The notes under the pieces are model-generated. The model made no database searches, was not told the origin of the DNA, and worked only from the letters and a program-made list of their open reading frames with translations. From NCBI GenBank assembly GCA_963797095.1, contig CAWCNY010000006.1, positions 960,001 through 1,024,000 on the forward strand: DNA of 64,000 bases, read 5' to 3'. The translations under genes were made by a program, and so were the position numbers. Position 1 is the first letter of the stretch. Every line of letters begins with the position of its first letter. Below are positions 49,278 through 64,000 of this stretch, piece after piece. Source of the stretch: an uncultured Chloroflexia bacterium. GTDB taxonomy: Bacteria; Chloroflexota; Chloroflexia; QHBQ01; JADMIH01.

Positions 49278-52163
49278 ATGCCGCGAAATATTGTCCAGAA
49301 GATCTTCGCAGCGCACCTGGTGTCCGGCGAGATGAGGCCGGGACGCGAGGTCGCCATTCATATTGACCAGACTCTAACGCAGGATGCCACGGGTACGATG
49401 TCGTACCTGCAATTTGAGGCGATGGGCATCCCACGGGTGCGCACAGATGTATCGGTGTCATATGTTGACCACAACATGTTGCAGACCGGATTCGAGAACG
49501 CGGACGACCACCGCTTCTTGCAGTCTATCGCCTCCAAATATGGTATTTTCTTCTCGCGACCGGGTAACGGGATCTGTCACCAGGTACATCTTGAGAGGTT
49601 CGCGGTGCCTGGCAAGACCCTATTGGGATCGGATAGCCATACGCCTACCTGCGGTGGGCTGGGCATGATCGCGATTGGAGCGGGTGGTTTGGACGTGGCG
49701 GTAGCTATGGGCGGTGGGCCTTTCTATACAGCGATGCCCGAAGTTTGGTTGGTGAGGCTGATAGGCAAGCGGCAGCCGTGGGTAGCATCGAAGGACATCA
49801 TTTTCGAGTTGTTGAGAAGACTGACCGTGAAGGGCGGGGTTGGCAAGATCATTGAGTATGGTGGGCCGGGAGTGGCAGATTTGTCGGTGCCTGAGCGCGG
49901 AACGATCACCAACATGGGCGCGGAATTGGGAGCTACCACCTCGATATTTCCCTCCGATCACAGGACGAAGGAGTACATGGAGGCCCAGGGGCGAGGCAAG
50001 GATTGGACTGAATTAAAGGCTGATGATGACACCGAGTACGACGGCGTGATCGAGATCGTGCTGGATGACCTGGAGCCAATGATATCTCGCCCTCATAGCC
50101 CCGACAGTGTTGTGCCTGTGCGAGAAGTGGCAGGAACGCCGGTCACTCAGGTGCTGGTTGGCAGTTGTACGAATTCCTCGTTCGTGGATTTGCAGACTGT
50201 GGCTGGGGCGCTTAAGGGTAAGACGGTCAACCCCGGGCTTTCGTTCGGGGTGACGCCGGGGTCGCGCCAGGTGTTCACCATGATCGCGAGGTCAGGAGCG
50301 TTGGGCGACCTGATCGAGTCGGGGGCACGCATACTGGAGTCGGCCTGTGGGCCCTGTATTGGTATGGGGCAGGCTCCCGCGTCGGGAGCGGTGAGCGTAA
50401 GGTCGTTCAATCGCAACTTCGAGGGGCGGTCGGGAACGCCTAATGCACAGGTATTCCTGGCATCGCCTGAGACGTGTGCGGCGACCGCCCTGACGGGTGT
50501 GATCACCGATCCGAGGGCCCTCGGTGAAAAGATCGAGGTAGATATACCGGAGCACTTCCTGATTGAAGACAACATGATCGTGCCGCCTGCAGAGAAGCCG
50601 GACACGGTTGAGGTGCTGCGTGGACCGAACATCAAGCCGCTGCCGATCAATAAGACCCTCCCTGCCAACCTGGCCGGGCAGGTGCTACTGAAAGTGGGCG
50701 ACAACATCACGACCGATCATATCATGCCTGCGGGTGCGAAGATCCTGCCTCTGAGGTCGAACATACCGGCTATTTCCGAGTATGTGTTCGAGAAAGTTGA
50801 CCCGTCGTTCGCGACCAGGGCCAAGCAGCAAGGTGGTGGGTTCGTAGTAGGCGGTAGCAACTACGGCCAGGGCTCTAGCCGTGAGCACGCGGCGCTCGCG
50901 CCGATGTACCTGGGGGTGCGTGGCGTTATCACCAAGAGTTTTGCTCGTATCCACCGCGACAACCTGATCAACTTCGGCATAATTCCAATGACATTTGTGA
51001 ACCCTGACGACTACGACAAGATCAATGAGCGCGATGAATTGCTGGTGGAGGATGTGCGAGACGACCTGTTGGATGGCGATGAGTTCCTGACACTGATCAA
51101 CCTGAGCAAGGGACACAGCTATCAGGTGAAGCATGGACTGACGATGCGTCAGATCAACATCATACTGGCGGGCGGGCTGCTGAACTATATCAGGGAGCAT
51201 GGAGATGCGTCGAAGGTGGAGAGGGAGGCGACGGCGGCGGCTATAGGCTCGACGACGGCAATGCCTACCAGCACAACCAAGACCACTGACTCGCCTGGCG
51301 CGACACCGAGGCCGCTGTCGAGGGCTGAGATATTCGACCAGATGGTGGTGGAGAGGGCGGAAAAGGCGGTCGAAGAGCATGACAGGCTGGGACACGGATT
51401 GCACGAGAAGACAGATGCGCGCTTCGCTGAATTGATTGCTCCAAGCAAAGGGGCGATATGCCTCGATATAGCAACGGCCAGTGGCACGCTTGCACTTGCG
51501 CTCGCAGATAGGATCGGGCCGCAGGGACGCGTGGTAGCGATTGACCTGGCGCAGGGGATGCTAGACTACGCAGAGAGGAAAGCGCGTGCGCACAGGCTCA
51601 AGAACATCGAGTGGAAGCGGATGAACGCGCAGAACCTTGAGTTCGAGGATGACACGTTCGATGTGGTGGTTTGCAGTCTCGCGATCTTCTACTTCCCCGA
51701 TATTCCGGGCGCAATGCATGAGATGCTGCGGGTGCTGAAGCCGGGTGGGAAATTGGGGATCACTACAGCGGACCCGGAGACGGCGTTCTCGCCTTTGAGC
51801 CAGCCTTACATGGCGTCATTGAGGAAACTTGCGGAGGAGTTGAAGATCGACCAGCCTGCTTACTCAGATACATCGAATGAGACGCGAGAGAAGGCTGGGC
51901 TGGCGAAGCTGGTGAAGGAGGCCGGGTTCAAGGACGTGGAGGTTATCGAGGAAAGCATCCCCGTGCGGTTCACGTCGTTGGAGGATTGGTGGCAGTACGG
52001 TCGCGGGTCAACCTGGGGCGATCTGCTGCTGGACAGGTTATCACCGGACCAGAGGGTCGAATTCAGGAAGAAGCACGAGGACGAGATCAAGAAGCAGTTC
52101 GGCTCCGCAGGGATAAGGGCGGCTACGCCTATATTGTTTGCCCTGGGTAGGAAACCTGAGTAG
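49278..52163 (+). CDS. Aconitate hydratase (short ~640-aa type) fused to a class I SAM-dependent methyltransferase
   Basis: TQDATGT, GSDSHT, GSCTN, SACGPCIG, NRNFEGR, TTDHI, GQGSSREHAA, GGLLNY; then LDIATASG, AIDLA, FDVVVC, RVLKPGG. Confidence 0.9.
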   Translation: MPRNIVQKIFAAHLVSGEMRPGREVAIHIDQTLTQDATGTMSYLQFEAMGIPRVRTDVSVSYVDHNMLQTGFENADDHRFLQSIASKYGIFFSRPGNGICHQVHLERFAVPGKTLLGSDSHTPTCGGLGMIAIGAGGLDVAVAMGGGPFYTAMPEVWLVRLIGKRQPWVASKDIIFELLRRLTVKGGVGKIIEYGGPGVADLSVPERGTITNMGAELGATTSIFPSDHRTKEYMEAQGRGKDWTELKADDDTEYDGVIEIVLDDLEPMISRPHSPDSVVPVREVAGTPVTQVLVGSCTNSSFVDLQTVAGALKGKTVNPGLSFGVTPGSRQVFTMIARSGALGDLIESGARILESACGPCIGMGQAPASGAVSVRSFNRNFEGRSGTPNAQVFLASPETCAATALTGVITDPRALGEKIEVDIPEHFLIEDNMIVPPAEKPDTVEVLRGPNIKPLPINKTLPANLAGQVLLKVGDNITTDHIMPAGAKILPLRSNIPAISEYVFEKVDPSFATRAKQQGGGFVVGGSNYGQGSSREHAALAPMYLGVRGVITKSFARIHRDNLINFGIIPMTFVNPDDYDKINERDELLVEDVRDDLLDGDEFLTLINLSKGHSYQVKHGLTMRQINIILAGGLLNYIREHGDASKVEREATAAAIGSTTAMPTSTTKTTDSPGATPRPLSRAEIFDQMVVERAEKAVEEHDRLGHGLHEKTDARFAELIAPSKGAICLDIATASGTLALALADRIGPQGRVVAIDLAQGMLDYAERKARAHRLKNIEWKRMNAQNLEFEDDTFDVVVCSLAIFYFPDIPGAMHEMLRVLKPGGKLGITTADPETAFSPLSQPYMASLRKLAEELKIDQPAYSDTSNETREKAGLAKLVKEAGFKDVEVIEESIPVRFTSLEDWWQYGRGSTWGDLLLDRLSPDQRVEFRKKHEDEIKKQFGSAGIRAATPILFALGRKPE

Positions 52164-52190
52164 TGACGAGTGACGAGTGACGAGTGACGA
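52163..52190. repeat. (GTGACGA)4 heptamer array
   Basis: Starts at the aconitase-fusion stop codon. Confidence 0.9.
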
Positions 52191-52192
52191 GT

Positions 52193-52219
52193 GGGGCGGG
52201 GTTGAGACCCGCCCCTTTT
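52193..52219 (+). terminator. GC-rich hairpin terminator (REP-like)
   Basis: ggggcggg/cccgcccc followed by tttt. Confidence 0.7.
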
Positions 52220-52252
52220 CGATTCTTACCGGCTGGTGTTACTTCGTTCGGG

Positions 52253-53299
52253 CTATTGATCGTTGTTGGTCTGGCCGCCCATGAGGCCGCCGAGAAGACC
52301 GCCCAGGTCACCGAGGCCGCCCTGGGGGTTTTGCTGCGCGGAATTGGGCTGACTGCCACCCAGGAGGCCGCCGAGGAGACCACCTACCCAGTCCATTGAG
52401 CCGCCGCTCTGCTGGCCTCCGCTTTGAGATCCCATCAGGCCACCGAGCAGACCGCCAATGTCGACGTTGCCACCAGCGCCCTGTTGCTGATCGTCCAGTT
52501 GGGATTGGTTGCTGCCCATGAGGCCGCTCAGTAAGCCGCCGAGGTCCACGCTGCCACCGCTTTGTTGCTGGGATTGGGACTGAGACTGGCTACCTGTGAG
52601 ACCACCAAGGAGAGTGCCAAGGTCGCCCGCAAGACCGCCCTGGGGCTGAGTGGCGTAGTTGCTAGTATTATCGCCCTTGTTGAAGAGCATGGTGATCAGG
52701 CTGGGTGCGAGGGCTGTAATGATGCCGCCGATAACGTTGGTGGCTGAGGCCGCGCCGGGGTCGACCGTGCCCTGATTACCCGCAGTGCCCTGGGTGCCGG
52801 TGATGGCAGCCGAGAGGGATTGGAGGAGGCCGGCCTCGATCGGTTGGCCTGCCTTTTCGGCCTGGTTGAGGGCGTTGACGGCGGGGTGGATAGCATCGAG
52901 CATAGTGCCCTGGCCAGGCCTGGCCGGGTTGTTACTCTCGACGCCGCCGAGGAAAGATTGGAGGAACGGAAGAAGATTAGCGGAGGAGATAGACTGTTGT
53001 CCTTTGAAGTCGGCAGCGGCGTGTTCAAGGCCGTCGGCGTAGAAGGAGGCGGCTTTGCCTGTGCTTTGCTGGCGCATAGCCTGGGCGGCGGCCTGTAGTT
53101 GGACGCCCGCATCATTGCTGCCGGAGTTATGGGCAGCTTCAGCGGCGGCATTGAAGGCGGTGGCCATACGCTGGCCGTGTGTGCCCTTGTTGTCTACGCT
53201 GTTTAACTGATCCTGGGTTTGGGATAACTGCTGGGCGATTGAGGATAAGAGGGTTGGCACATCTACCTGACGTAGTTGGTCCATGTTTTGTCCGGCCAT
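52253..53299 (-). CDS. DAK2 (DhaL-like) domain protein with a Gly/Gln/Leu repeat tail
   Basis: ARPGQGTMLDA, VDPGAASA; repeated D(L/I)GGLLGGLMG units. Confidence 0.7.
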   Translation of the reverse strand: MAGQNMDQLRQVDVPTLLSSIAQQLSQTQDQLNSVDNKGTHGQRMATAFNAAAEAAHNSGSNDAGVQLQAAAQAMRQQSTGKAASFYADGLEHAAADFKGQQSISSANLLPFLQSFLGGVESNNPARPGQGTMLDAIHPAVNALNQAEKAGQPIEAGLLQSLSAAITGTQGTAGNQGTVDPGAASATNVIGGIITALAPSLITMLFNKGDNTSNYATQPQGGLAGDLGTLLGGLTGSQSQSQSQQQSGGSVDLGGLLSGLMGSNQSQLDDQQQGAGGNVDIGGLLGGLMGSQSGGQQSGGSMDWVGGLLGGLLGGSQPNSAQQNPQGGLGDLGGLLGGLMGGQTNNDQ

Positions 53300-53415
53300 T
53301 TGTGTCTCCTGAGTTTTATTCTTGGTACGCCAAGGTACGAAGTGGAACGAAGATCACGAAGGATTCTCTTATTATATAGGGTTTATTCCTGGTGATCTTC
53401 GTGGGCGAATATGGC

Positions 53416-55224
53416 CTAGACTTCCAGTTTGATGTGGAGGTCCTTGAGGGCGCGATCTGGGACCGGAGAAGGGGCGTCGGTCATGAGGTCGCGGGCCTGG
53501 GCTGTCTTTGGGAAGGCTATTACCTCGCGGATGTTGTTTTCGCCTGCCAGGAGCATCACTATGCGGTCGATGCCGGGAGCGATGCCGCCGTGGGGAGGCG
53601 CGCCGTACTCGAAGGCGTCGAGGAGATGGCCGAAGCGGGCCTGGGCGTCTTCGTCGGAGTAGCCCATTAGCTTGAAGACGGCTGCCTGCTGCTCTCGGTC
53701 GTGGATACGGATGGAGCCTGTGGATAGCTCGAAGCCGTTGCAAACCACGTCATAGGCGGCAGCACGCACGTTGGCCGGGTCGATGGTTAGAAGGTGTGCG
53801 TCTTCGGGCATAGGAGATGTGAATGGGTGGTGGACGGCGTCCCATCGTCCTTCGTCTTCGTTCCACTCGACCAGGGGTGGGTCAATCACCCAGGCGAAGG
53901 CGAGAACATCGTCATCGAGAAGGTTGAGCTTGCGGCCCATATCGGCGCGAAGCCTGCCCAGCACATCGCGGGTTGTGGTAATGGAGTCGGCGACGATCAG
54001 GAGGAGGTCGCCTGCCTTGGCACCGGTAGTGGCGACGATGGCGGAGGTCTCTTCGGGAGTGAGGAACTTGGCGGCAGGGGAGCGAACTTGCCACGATTTG
54101 TCCTCGGCCAGGGATTCGACCGCCATCCAGACGAGGCCTTTCGCGCCGTAGCGTTTGGCGGTCTCGGTGAGGTCATCCAGCTCACGGCGGGTCCAGTGGG
54201 CGGAGCCTGGGACGCGAATGGCGGCGACAAGGCCACCGGAGGAGATAGCGGAGTTGAAGACGGTAAAGGCTGAGTTGGCGACCGCCTCATTTAGCTCAGT
54301 GATCTCCATGCCGAAGCGGATGTCGGGCTTGTCGTTGCCGTATTTCGCCATCAATTCGGCGTAGGTAAGGCGCGGGAAAGGCAGGGTCTGGATGCGCTTG
54401 TCGGAGACGGCGGGGACCAACTCGATGAGGAGACCTTCGATAAGTTGGAGGATATCTTCGCGCTGGACGAAGCTCATTTCGAGGTCTAACTGAGTGAACT
54501 CAGGCTGGCGGTCGGCGCGTAGGTCTTCGTCGCGAAAGCAGCGAGCGATCTGGAAGTAGCGTCCCATACCTGCCACCATGAGCAGTTGCTTTAGCTGCTG
54601 GGGCGATTGTGGGAGGGCGTAGAACTCGCCTGCGTGGACGCGGGAGGGAACGAGGTAGTCGCGAGCGCCTTCGGGGGTGGACTTGATCAGGATGGGGGTC
54701 TCGATTTCGAGGAAGCCGCGGGCGTCGAGGTAGTCGCGGATGAACTTTATGACACGATGGCGTAGCTCAAGGTTGCGCTGCATACGTGGGCGGCGGAGGT
54801 CGAGGTAGCGATATTTGAGGCGGAGCATTTCGTCGGCGTCGGAGCCGCCCGCGATCTCGAAGGGCATGGGCTTGGCGCGGTTGAGGATTGTGACGTTATC
54901 GGCGGCGACCTCTATCTCGCCGGTGGCGAGGTTGGGGTTGACACGGTCGGCTCCCCGCTCATTGACAATACCTTCCACGCGAAGGACGTATTCGACGCGG
55001 GCTTCCTCAGCTATCTTGTGGGCAGTGGGGTTGACCTCGCGGTTGAAGACCACCTGTGTGAGGCCCCAGCGGTCGCGAATGTCGATGAAGATTAGAGCGC
55101 CCTGGTCGCGGCGACGGTGAACCCAGCCGTTAAGTTGGACGGCACGCCCCGCGTCGGCGGCTCGTAATTGGCCGCAGTTGATTTTGGTGTATTGCTGTGG
55201 TTCTGTCTCTGTTTGGGATTGCAT
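53416..55224 (-). CDS. aspS: Aspartate--tRNA ligase
   Basis: RLKYRYLDLRR, STPEGARDY, LPQSPQ, FRDEDLRADRQPEFTQ, PPHGGIAPG. Confidence 0.97.
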   Translation of the reverse strand: MQSQTETEPQQYTKINCGQLRAADAGRAVQLNGWVHRRRDQGALIFIDIRDRWGLTQVVFNREVNPTAHKIAEEARVEYVLRVEGIVNERGADRVNPNLATGEIEVAADNVTILNRAKPMPFEIAGGSDADEMLRLKYRYLDLRRPRMQRNLELRHRVIKFIRDYLDARGFLEIETPILIKSTPEGARDYLVPSRVHAGEFYALPQSPQQLKQLLMVAGMGRYFQIARCFRDEDLRADRQPEFTQLDLEMSFVQREDILQLIEGLLIELVPAVSDKRIQTLPFPRLTYAELMAKYGNDKPDIRFGMEITELNEAVANSAFTVFNSAISSGGLVAAIRVPGSAHWTRRELDDLTETAKRYGAKGLVWMAVESLAEDKSWQVRSPAAKFLTPEETSAIVATTGAKAGDLLLIVADSITTTRDVLGRLRADMGRKLNLLDDDVLAFAWVIDPPLVEWNEDEGRWDAVHHPFTSPMPEDAHLLTIDPANVRAAAYDVVCNGFELSTGSIRIHDREQQAAVFKLMGYSDEDAQARFGHLLDAFEYGAPPHGGIAPGIDRIVMLLAGENNIREVIAFPKTAQARDLMTDAPSPVPDRALKDLHIKLEV

Positions 55225-55318
55225 CTAAAAGAGGTTCCTCTCCCTGGATAGGTTTTGGGATGTTAGCTATGATCTTACCATAGGGGTGGGGGGATGTCCA
55301 GAAAGTGGGACGAAGGAC

Positions 55319-55445
55319 CAAGGCTGATGCAAAGTCGGTATCGGACACACCAGGTTTGATTATGTCATTCTTCACTTCGTTCAGAATGACAAGGCGTAGA
55401 TGGGCGGTGTTTCCCACCGCTTTATCTGACTTTGCATCAGCCGTG
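55319..55445. mobile_element. MITE copy 2 (127 bp)
   Basis: Ends caaggctgatgcaaagtc / gactttgcatcagccgtg; 10-bp flanking direct repeat gacgaaggac (55309-55318, 55446-55455). Confidence 0.85.
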
Positions 55446-55762
55446 GACGAAGGACGATGACTCCGACTTCACTCATTTCTGATGACTATTGATTTGTTAA
55501 TGTGCGGCCCCAACGCAAGCGAAACACCGATCTATTTCTGCATCCTTCTGCTATTGAGCATGGAGGCGAAAGAATTGCACTATAGAATATTAGCACAGAT
55601 GTTCCGCATTTGTAAACGGCCAAATGGGTAGTTCTTTTGACGAATTGCTTGTATTTCCAGTTCTTAGTTGCTCGTCGCATAGCCGGCAACTTTAGGCGGG
55701 TGAACCGATTGGTGTATGATGGTGTGTAGAGGGTATGACCTCGGAGAAGGAGATGTTTTCTT

Positions 55763-56077
55763 ATGCTCGCGTGGATCGTTTTGTTGGGGTTGATTGTGGT
55801 GGAGGTTGTTGCCCTCAGGTGGTGGCTGGCAGCTAACTATTACAAGGCATTCTTCAATGATTGGGCGCCATTTCTTTATAGCGCTTTGCTGGTAGTTGAC
55901 ATCGCTATTGCCTGGTTGGTCTCAACGCTTTATGAGCCAGGAGGAACGTCAGGTATGCAGTTGCTGCTGGTGATCGGTGGAGGCTTGACGGTTATTGTGC
56001 TGCTGGGTACGTTGTTCTTGCGATGGGTTGTGCGATTGGATATGACGGATATTTCGGATAGGGACAAGAAGCGGTAG
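55763..56077 (+). CDS. Small three-TM membrane protein, hypothetical
   Basis: AAGGAG ribosome site; three hydrophobic helices; terminator downstream. Confidence 0.75.
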   Translation: MLAWIVLLGLIVVEVVALRWWLAANYYKAFFNDWAPFLYSALLVVDIAIAWLVSTLYEPGGTSGMQLLLVIGGGLTVIVLLGTLFLRWVVRLDMTDISDRDKKR

Positions 56078-56127
56078 GGTTGGTAGTCAGTGGACGAGTG
56101 ACGAGTGACAAGTGCTTGTGTATTTAT

Positions 56128-56170
56128 TGAGGAAGGACGAAGGCCCAAGACCTTCGTCCTTCCTCATTTT
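56128..56170. terminator. Terminator hairpin between convergent genes
   Basis: 16-bp arms tgaggaaggacgaagg/ccttcgtccttcctca then tttt. Confidence 0.8.
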
Positions 56171-56189
56171 GTCCTTTGTCGTAATGTCG

Positions 56190-56756
56190 TCATCCCACAT
56201 TCATGATGTCGTCTACTGGGATTGCCCAGCCTGGGAGAGCAGGTTCGGCTTCTGCTAGATCGCCGGGTTTGTAAATCGTGGGGTTATTTGGGTCTGTGTA
56301 GCGGTAGACACGGACTTCTTTGGAGCGGAGTACATCTACGTCCCAAACGACTTGGGTGCCGGCTTCGAAGTAGTCGGCGCGTTCTTGAGCCATTTCACGT
56401 TCGGCCTGAGGACCATAATCACTTTCGCTGCGCGCCTCGATCGAGAATATGGGAGCACCTTCGAGAAAGCGCCCATCACCGTCGTAAGGACCGACATAGA
56501 ATGCGGCATCTGGGCTAAATGTACGCAATACTGGTCTTCTGCTGATGAAGCCTACGTTATCAGGAAATGCATAGCCGCGCCTGGTCTTGCGTTCATACTG
56601 ATCCAGACTAATATAGATCCGACCGCTGGAGCGACCCGGTCCTCCGCCTGTGGGTGGCATACTCACTAACTCTCCATTAACTATTTCGGCCTTACCGTTT
56701 TCAGGAACGCGGTAAAGGTCTTCGACTGTGGCCTCTCGTTTTGTGGGGGTAGACAT
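56190..56756 (-). CDS. Uma2/DUF820 family PD-(D/E)XK nuclease-like protein
   Basis: EIVNGEL..MPP, FSPDAAF, IEARSESD, YFEAG..VWDVD, LPGW. Confidence 0.88.
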   Translation of the reverse strand: MSTPTKREATVEDLYRVPENGKAEIVNGELVSMPPTGGGPGRSSGRIYISLDQYERKTRRGYAFPDNVGFISRRPVLRTFSPDAAFYVGPYDGDGRFLEGAPIFSIEARSESDYGPQAEREMAQERADYFEAGTQVVWDVDVLRSKEVRVYRYTDPNNPTIYKPGDLAEAEPALPGWAIPVDDIMNVG

Positions 56757-56868
56757 TTGGAGTACCTCGCTTCCATTGCCCGCTACCGTGCTAGTATAGT
56801 GCGAATTGTGGAGATGGACAGGGTGAAGTAGGGCGAACTACGAATGACGAAGCACAGCTGTTATGAGT

Positions 56869-56912
56869 TAAGCAGAAAAGACGAAGGCCAAAGCCTTCGT
56901 CTTTTCTGCTTA
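56869..56912. terminator. Terminator hairpin downstream of rpoC
   Basis: 20-bp perfect arms taagcagaaaagacgaaggc/gccttcgtcttttctgctta. Confidence 0.8.
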
Positions 56913-56934
56913 TTTTGTACGGCGGGTTAGCCTT

Positions 56935-61578
<4,644 letters not shown>

Positions 61579-61591
61579 TTCTTACTCCTTG

Positions 61592-61663
61592 GTAGTCGGT
61601 AGTCAGTAGTCGGTAGTCGGATCGGAAAAGGGTTCCGACTACCGACTACTGACTTCCGACTAC
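61592..61663. repeat. Inverted heptamer array (GGTAGTC)n forming a 30-bp stem between rpoB and rpoC
   Basis: Arms 61592-61621 and 61634-61663, one mismatch. Confidence 0.88.
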
Positions 61664-61670
61664 GATGTTC

Positions 61671-64000
<2,330 letters not shown>

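Noticed and set aside
55225-55460. T-box leader for aspS
   Set aside because: No T-box consensus; the structure here is explained by the MITE.
56190-56756. Uma2 nuclease as a defence system
   Set aside because: It is a stand-alone member of a commonly expanded family with no partner genes.

Overview
Bacterial chromosomal window, about 58-60% GC by eye. It is most consistent with Chloroflexota (Chloroflexia-like), based on the receiver-CpaE Tad locus, a lineage-typical secreted domain, the RpoC clamp insertion and heptamer repeats; this is inference, not a database result. Core genes: Tad/Flp pilus genes (cpaB-cpaE-cpaF-tadB-tadC) followed by DUF192 and an HD-GYP protein, recA (one frameshift)-recX, a glycine-riboswitch-controlled gcvT-H-PA-PB operon, prs, rnc, rusA-like, guaA, purD, NUDIX, family-4 UDG, guaB, phosphoketolase, aspS and rpoC/rpoB (partial). 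Three IS elements (IS630, IS5/ISNCY-like, IS66) have readable ends and target duplications but broken transposases. Most unusual observations: (1) a 37-bp repeat / 35-bp foreign spacer / 37-bp repeat unit inside the IS5-like transposase gene that has CRISPR geometry and looks like ectopic Cas1-Cas2 spacer integration; (2) an aconitase fused in frame to a SAM-dependent methyltransferase; (3) a two-copy ~126-bp MITE with 10-12-bp target duplications; (4) a second, unexplained dispersed intergenic repeat; (5) heptamer arrays arranged as ordered cassettes and long hairpins at gene junctions. No tRNA, rRNA or cas genes were seen.
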